In this document: positions 40,942-45,172 of the stretch, piece by piece | How positions within the stretch are numbered: the first letter of the stretch is position 1 | Layout: each line of letters starts with the position of its first letter | Virus record (IMG/VR): IMGVR_UViG_3300009285_000020 | Coordinates: 1-45,172 of that record | Strand: one strand, 5' to 3' | Source of the DNA: a virus | Length of the DNA stretch: 45,172 bases | Program-made: the position numbers and the translations under genes | Notes under the pieces: model-generated | What the model was told of the DNA's origin: nothing | The model's database searches: none | The model's input: only the letters and a program-made list of their open reading frames with translations

Positions 40942-41509
40942 CGAACGGATCGTATTCCGCTTCTTCCGCGTCTCCTTCGGGAGTGAACATCTCAACGCCG
41001 CTTGTGCCGCCGCCGCCGAAGTGCTCGTCGTGTTTAACGAACTGGATAGACCGCAGGCCGCAACCGACGTTCTTGGCCTTGGTATCGGGGTCCTCGCCGC
41101 CGTAGAAGCACACGATGACCTTGGCCCAATCGCCGGACGCCCACCCATCGCTTTCCGTGACAGGCTGCACCTGCGGGTTTACGACGGCGGGAGCAAAGTC
41201 GCCTTTGGCGTTCATGTACCAGTGGCCGGGATACTTCTCTTCCTTGTCACCGTCGAGAAGCGGGATGCCGTACTTGGCTCCTTTGGGGAACTTGGCTTCC
41301 GCCGCTGCCTTGATGCCGTCGCGTGCCGCAGCCAAGGACTGTTTGGGATCGGAACAGAACTTGTTGGCGGTTTTGGGGAAGAGAAGGACGGCAGAGTATT
41401 GGTCATTGCCGTCGCGGAGGCTTGCCCTGGGCTTGTAAATCCAAGCGTAAGACAGGCGAACTGGACCCACGAGGGTCCGATTGGTTTTCTTAGTTTCTTT
41501 GGTACTCAT
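40931..41509 (-). CDS. ssDNA-binding protein, T7 gp2.5-like (DUF2815-like), 192 aa
   Basis: VRLSYAWIYKPRA...YSAVLLFPK together with an acidic aromatic C-terminal tail EEAEYDPFDES. M22 of track ORF 40931..41572. The leader is CA-rich with no SD. Confidence 0.65.
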   Translation of the reverse strand: MSTKETKKTNRTLVGPVRLSYAWIYKPRASLRDGNDQYSAVLLFPKTANKFCSDPKQSLAAARDGIKAAAEAKFPKGAKYGIPLLDGDKEEKYPGHWYMNAKGDFAPAVVNPQVQPVTESDGWASGDWAKVIVCFYGGEDPDTKAKNVGCGLRSIQFVKHDEHFGGGGTSGVEMFTPEGDAEEAEYDPFDES

Positions 41510-41568
41510 TGTTTTGTGTTGTTTGTGAGGAACTGAGCATCCCCGTCGCTCCGGCTTATAGCCGGTCT

Positions 41569-41667
41569 TCACTCATCTTCCCAAGGGTCATCGTCGGGGA
41601 GGTTCGCAGGCACGTAGCCTTCGGCCTCGCAACTTGTGTCTTCCCAGTCGTCGTTCATCCGATTCAT
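41569..41667 (-). CDS. 32-aa highly acidic peptide
   Basis: Hand translation gives MNRMNDDWEDTSCEAEGYVPANLPDDDPWEDE. AAGGAGA RBS upstream, and an ATGA overlap with the HTH gene stop. Confidence 0.4.
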   Translation of the reverse strand: MNRMNDDWEDTSCEAEGYVPANLPDDDPWEDE

Positions 41668-41819
41668 TCGGTCTCCTTGTGAGCCACGATCCTTGCCACC
41701 GTGGAGACGCTGCACCCGGACTGCTTGGCAATTTGGCCGTAGGTCCATTTGGCATCGCCGGTACCTTCAAGGCACTCCGCCGCGAGCCGTAGAATCTTCG
41801 CCCGTCGCTGTCTGTCCAT
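41664..41819 (-). CDS. Small HTH DNA-binding protein, 51 aa
   Basis: WTYGQIAKQSGCSVSTVARIV forms an HTH. M20 of track ORF 41664..41876, whose TTG start lies inside a promoter-like motif. Confidence 0.55.
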   Translation of the reverse strand: MDRQRRAKILRLAAECLEGTGDAKWTYGQIAKQSGCSVSTVARIVAHKETE

Positions 41820-41864
41820 CGGCCTTCGCCCACGTTTTCGATTCGGTTTTGAACTCACGAAAAG

Positions 41865-41886
41865 AGGATACCACAAGAAAGGTCAA
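41865..41886 (-). promoter_or_regulatory. Candidate promoter TTGACC-N10-(TGTGG)TATCCT for the replication block
   Basis: The - strand reads TTGACCTTTCTTGTGGTATCCT, back-to-back with the + promoter at 41914..41922. Confidence 0.45.
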
Positions 41887-41913
41887 AATCACCTCACATT
41901 TTTCTGAAAGTCG

Positions 41914-41922
41914 TGTCATAAT
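41914..41922 (+). promoter_or_regulatory. Candidate extended -10 promoter (TGT-CATAAT)
   Basis: gtgtcataat lies 27 nt upstream of ATG 41949. Confidence 0.4.
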
Positions 41923-41948
41923 AGGAGCGTTGAACCAGGAGAACCGAC

Positions 41949-42137
41949 ATGAAAACCTATATCGTCATCCATTCCCTCTTCGGGCCGAACGATTTTAACC
42001 TCCGCCAGTGCGCCACGCGGGAGATCGCCGACATTACGGCTCAACTGCTGGCGCTGCGATACGAAACGTCCACCCCGTTCATTGTGGAAATGGACGTACC
42101 CGAAGGCTACGGGACGAAGCAGGATGTGGCGGCATGA
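41949..42137 (+). CDS. Hypothetical protein, 62 aa
   Basis: Track ORF. The ATG follows the conserved leader CAGGAGAACCGACA. Confidence 0.65.
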   Translation: MKTYIVIHSLFGPNDFNLRQCATREIADITAQLLALRYETSTPFIVEMDVPEGYGTKQDVAA

Positions 42138-42212
42138 GCAACCACGCGCTGAGAAGAAGGGGGAGAGGAACAGGGCAACCGGGACTTTAGACCTAGCGGA
42201 TTTGAACCTGAC

Positions 42213-42242
42213 TTGACTTTTCTGTTCCGCATGTGGTATACT
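42213..42242 (+). promoter_or_regulatory. Candidate promoter TTGACT-N18-(TGTGG)TATACT
   Basis: ttgacttttctgttccgcatgtggtatact lies 39 nt upstream of ATG 42281. Confidence 0.55.
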
Positions 42243-42280
42243 CGCAGCGTCTCGTGAGGACGGGACGGGAGAACGACGAA

Positions 42281-43738
42281 ATGACCAACTGGTTTGAGAT
42301 TGACAAGCAAGGACTGGCGCGGTTGCGCGAGGGCGCTCCCAAGTCGTCTTTGATCTTCGAGCTTGTGCAGAACGCTTGGGACACGGATGCCAAGCGGTGC
42401 GCGGTGGAATTGCGGCCCGTGCCCAACACGCGCCACTTTGAGTTGATCGTGGAGGACGACGATCCGGGCGGATTCATCGACCTCTCGCACGCATACACGC
42501 TCTTTGCGGATTCTGCCAAAAAGGACGATTCGACAAAACGGGGCCGGTTTAACCTTGGGGAGAAGCTGGTTCTGGCACTGTGTAAGACAGCCCGGATCGA
42601 ATCCGTTACGGGCACCATCTCGTTTGACGAATCTGGCCGCCACCATAGCCGCAAGGGAACCAAGGACGGCTCACGCTTCACTGGCATCATTCGCATGACT
42701 GCCAGGGAGTTTCAGGAGGCGTGCGTGGCCGTGCGCCAACTGATTCCGCCAAGCGCCTGCGCGACGACGTTCAATGGGGCACCATTACCATCTAGGGTGC
42801 CCGCAGGCAGCGCGGTTGGCGTTACCCTACCCTCTGTACTATCGGACGGGGAAGGCACACTCCGGGCCACGCGCCGCAAGACCAATGTCTTGATCTATGA
42901 ACCACGCACGGGCGAAGCTCCGATGATCTATGAAATGGGTATCCCAGTGGTGGAATCCGGGGACCGTTATCATTATGACGTACAGCAGAAAGTCCCTCTG
43001 ACACTTGACCGAACGAATGTCACCCCTGCATTTCTGAGGGAGATTCGCAAGGCAGTCGCCGAAACAATGGTGGAAACGATTGATTCGCAGGATGCGAACC
43101 ACGAATGGGCACGCAGCGCAGCGGCTCACCCGGAGGCATCCCCGGCTTTAGTCGCCAAGGTCTTCACCGAACGCTTCGGGGACCGAGCCGCGATCTACGA
43201 TCCGTCCGACCGCGAGGCCAATATGAAAGCCGTGTCCGAAGGCTACACGCTAGTGACCGGCAGCCAGCTCTCGCGCGAGGAATGGATCAACGTCAAGGGC
43301 AAGCGGGTTGAGGGCGCAGCGATAGCGTTACCAGCGGGGCAGCTATTTCCAACACATGCGCCGAAGACCGCGCCGACTGACCTTGTGACCGATTGGACTT
43401 CGGGCATGAACCGCGTGGCCGACTTTTGCCGATGGCTCTCGGAGGAACTGTGGGGCGAAAAGGCAGCGGTGCAGTTCATCGACTCCCCGCTCGCATCGAC
43501 GCTTGCAGATTTCGGCTCGAACCGTATCCGGTTCAACGTCGGCAGATTAGGCCGAGCATGGTTTGAAGGCGGCGTACAAACCAAGGTGCTCGACCTCATC
43601 ATCCATGAGTTCGGCCACCACTACGAGAGCAACCATTTGGACAAGCGGTACTACGAGGCGCTGTCAAGCATCGGAGCCCGTGCGGTGGCACTGGCCTTAG
43701 AGCAGCCTGGGCGATTCAAGGAGGTCGTGCGATGCTAA
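42281..43738 (+). CDS. GHKL-type ATPase domain fused to a C-terminal HExxH (Zn-metallopeptidase-like) region, 485 aa
   Basis: N box FELVQNAWDTDA, G1-like EDDDPGGF, and KRGRFNLGEK (GrFGlG-like). The C-terminus has LIIHEFGHHYESNH. M17 of track ORF 42233..43738. Confidence 0.75.
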   Translation: MTNWFEIDKQGLARLREGAPKSSLIFELVQNAWDTDAKRCAVELRPVPNTRHFELIVEDDDPGGFIDLSHAYTLFADSAKKDDSTKRGRFNLGEKLVLALCKTARIESVTGTISFDESGRHHSRKGTKDGSRFTGIIRMTAREFQEACVAVRQLIPPSACATTFNGAPLPSRVPAGSAVGVTLPSVLSDGEGTLRATRRKTNVLIYEPRTGEAPMIYEMGIPVVESGDRYHYDVQQKVPLTLDRTNVTPAFLREIRKAVAETMVETIDSQDANHEWARSAAAHPEASPALVAKVFTERFGDRAAIYDPSDREANMKAVSEGYTLVTGSQLSREEWINVKGKRVEGAAIALPAGQLFPTHAPKTAPTDLVTDWTSGMNRVADFCRWLSEELWGEKAAVQFIDSPLASTLADFGSNRIRFNVGRLGRAWFEGGVQTKVLDLIIHEFGHHYESNHLDKRYYEALSSIGARAVALALEQPGRFKEVVRC

Positions 43739-43914
43739 CTACAGCCCAGGCCGCAGAGCGTCTTGGCGTCTCGCCTCGTAGAGTGCGAGCCATGATCGCA
43801 TCGGGGCAACTGCTTGCGGACAAGCCTGGACGCGATTGGCTCGTCGGGGAATTGGCTTTGGAGGCTGTGCGGAAAAGGGCAACCGAACGGCCAAAAAAGG
43901 ACGTGACGGCATGA
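43732..43914 (+). CDS. Excisionase/MerR-type HTH protein, 60 aa
   Basis: LTTAQAAERLGVSPRRVRAMIASGQLLADKPGRDWLV matches the Xis-family HTH_17 pattern. Confidence 0.7.
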   Translation: MLTTAQAAERLGVSPRRVRAMIASGQLLADKPGRDWLVGELALEAVRKRATERPKKDVTA

Positions 43915-44031
43915 CCGACGCCCCCACCGCCAACGCCAACGCCAGCGCCATCGCCCCCGCCAACGCCTACGCCCCCGCCCTCCGCCGACGCCAGCGGTTT
44001 CCTTAAAAGACTTCTCAGGGAGGAAACGAAG

Positions 44032-44211
44032 ATGACCGACGCCGAACGCCTGGCATTCCTGTACGGCTTCCCGCCGGAACCCTCCTGGTGGGATCGGCAC
44101 GGCGTCAAGGTGGCGGCTTTGGCCGTCGCCCTCGCCATTCTCGTAACGATCTACGGGCAGGAGACAGCTTCCTGGCTCGTGGACATCCTTTGGAGCAAGC
44201 ATAATGTGTAA
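44032..44211 (+). CDS. Small membrane protein, 59 aa
   Basis: Hand translation gives [76 protein letters not shown] upstream. It overlaps the next start. Confidence 0.5.
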   Translation: MTDAERLAFLYGFPPEPSWWDRHGVKVAALAVALAILVTIYGQETASWLVDILWSKHNV

Positions 44212-44938
44212 TTTTTTGTCGGCACTCATATTCGGGCCGAAGCTCGAACTCAAATTCGGCAGGTTCTACTCAGACCCATTAACGACCAATTCGCACACCG
44301 ACCTTGAGGTCAAACTTGGCCTTGTAGACCGTCACGCCGATCCTGAGTGGGCCAAGGTCGAATACACGCCTGGGCCAGAGAAAGGTCTGGCGGATTTCGA
44401 CGGCTATGTATTCAAGATAGACGAGACCATCACCCCCGACTGGCTGTCCGAGGACCTGATCGAGGAGTTTAAGGTCTACGCTAAGGCAAAGCTCGCGGAT
44501 ATCATCATCACGTCAGGCACCCACGACCTGATTGACACACCAAAGAAGGCGATCTGTGGCTCGGCGAGGATCGGCTCCGTCTGCGGCTCGGCGAGGATCG
44601 GCTCCGTCTTGGACTCGGCGAGGATCGGCTCCGTCTTGGACTCGGCGAGGATCGGCTCCGTCTTGGACTCGGCGAACATCGACTCCGTCTACGGCTCGGC
44701 GAACATCGACTCCGTCTGCGGCTCGGCGAGGATCGGCTCCGTCTTGGACTCGGCGAACATCGGCTCCGTCTACGGCTCGGCGATAGTGATTATCACGGAT
44801 GGATCGCCGGCGTTCAAATTGCGGGAGGGTTGTAGCGCCCTGGTGGTTGACCGGCGCACGAACCCGCAAACGATCTACGGCGAGTTTCAAGCGTTCATGA
44901 AACCGAAGCGTGTAAAGAAGGAGGAATCCAATGCCTGA
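44204..44938 (+). CDS. Nonapeptide-repeat (beta-solenoid-like) protein, 244 aa
   Basis: Track ORF. The central region has 8.4 copies of GSA(R/N)I(G/D)SV(C/L/Y). Confidence 0.75.
   Translation: MCNFLSALIFGPKLELKFGRFYSDPLTTNSHTDLEVKLGLVDRHADPEWAKVEYTPGPEKGLADFDGYVFKIDETITPDWLSEDLIEEFKVYAKAKLADIIITSGTHDLIDTPKKAICGSARIGSVCGSARIGSVLDSARIGSVLDSARIGSVLDSANIDSVYGSANIDSVCGSARIGSVLDSANIGSVYGSAIVIITDGSPAFKLREGCSALVVDRRTNPQTIYGEFQAFMKPKRVKKEESNA
44558..44784 (+). repeat. 27-bp in-frame tandem repeat, about 8.4 near-identical copies
   Basis: The unit ggctcggcgaggatcggctccgtctgc repeats head-to-tail from 44558. Variants are confined to a few positions. Confidence 0.95.
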
Positions 44939-45172
44939 AATCACAGACGGCAAGTACAATCCCGGCGACCGTCTCGTATCCCCGTCCCGGGAAGTGCTGG
45001 CGGTGTGGGTGGAGCGTGACGGATTAGCTTGGGAACAGCCTGGAGGCGGGCGGTTTGGCCCGACCAGCCTGGCCCAGATGGCGCTCCGTTGCGGTGCTAT
45101 TGTGCAGAGGGACATGCCGGAACAGAAGGTGACGCGCTACGTGCTTTGGCGGAGCGAAGTTGGGTTCATGCC
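44931..45172 (+). CDS. 5' part of the junction-spanning hypothetical gene (continues at 1..246)
   Basis: ATG 44931 follows AAGGAGGA and overlaps the stop of 44204..44938. The ORF is open to the window end. Confidence 0.6.
   Translation, partial: MPEITDGKYNPGDRLVSPSREVLAVWVERDGLAWEQPGGGRFGPTSLAQMALRCGAIVQRDMPEQKVTRYVLWRSEVGFM
45096..45172. repeat. Terminal direct repeat copy 2 (identical to 1..77)
   Basis: Read directly. Confidence 0.95.

Noticed and set aside
42197-42211. GGATTTGAACC resembles the reverse complement of a tRNA T-arm (GGTTCAAATCC), suggesting - strand tRNA genes here and at 34664..34678.
   Set aside because: The flanking bases do not form a T-stem (TCAGG vs CCGCT are not complementary), and no acceptor or anticodon arms can be drawn. 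It is treated as a repeated regulatory word instead.
44558-44784. Regular short repeats that could be mistaken for a CRISPR array (the same applies to 28815..29160 and 35917..36096).
   Set aside because: The 27-bp units are contiguous, with no spacers, and lie in frame inside a CDS. The other two arrays are 10-12-bp motifs in mixed orientation with irregular short gaps. No cas genes are present.
1-45172. Genome-wide stop-codon reassignment (prompted by the in-frame TAG at 35582 and the TAG ending the Dam remnant).
   Set aside because: TAA, TAG and TGA all terminate well-defined genes directly before the next RBS or start (for example TAG 3449, TAA 11939, TGA 26959). Downstream of the Dam TAG the frame stops again within about 17 codons.

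Overview
The window is a complete, circularly closed dsDNA phage genome. The first 77 nt are repeated exactly as the last 77 nt, giving a unique length of 45,095 bp, and one ORF runs in frame across the junction. The sequence is visibly GC-rich and densely coding, with many ATGA/GTGA start-stop overlaps. Layout: (i) A + strand accessory/early block runs 41949 -> junction -> 3369. It holds small hypotheticals, an HNH nuclease, a GHKL-ATPase/HExxH fusion, an Xis-like HTH and a nonapeptide-repeat protein. (ii) A long - strand late block runs 30413 -> 3449. It holds an HNH, an HTH protein whose gene carries a repeat array (TerS/pac candidate), a DUF2829-like protein, a lipoprotein, and a large terminase split into ATPase and nuclease cistrons (the nuclease part carries an intein). 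These are followed by a tandem GroES-like protein, portal, scaffold, decoration protein and major capsid. A podovirus/T7-like series then follows: adaptor, 861-aa nozzle-like protein, internal-core proteins including a 1766-aa giant, and LamG-type fibre proteins. The block is closed by an intrinsic terminator. (iii) A + strand early operon at 30595..32712 contains an RHH regulator. (iv) A - strand block runs 41819 -> 33165. It holds an HTH, a gp2.5-like SSB, a PD-(D/E)XK exonuclease, a RuvC-like resolvase, an HNH, a primase-helicase, an iteron/AT-rich ori-like region, Zn-ribbon ORFs and a Dam methylase remnant. It ends with a lysis cassette: T7-lysozyme-like amidase, TM/coiled-coil protein, holin-like protein and a signal-peptide protein. 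No DNA or RNA polymerase, integrase, tRNA, rRNA or CRISPR array was recognised. Most notable observations: (1) an HNH endonuclease ORF lies in an alternative frame inside the terminase intein; (2) the terminase is encoded in pieces with a Cpn10-like ORF wedged between them; (3) there are three GroES-like domains, two of them fused in tandem; (4) there are two unrelated iteron-like arrays; (5) a recurring TGTGG-TATNNT promoter motif occurs at seven sites; (6) a diverged RuvC 3' end is duplicated around an HNH gene. All product calls come from motifs read by eye. No searches were run, and many start codons are provisional.
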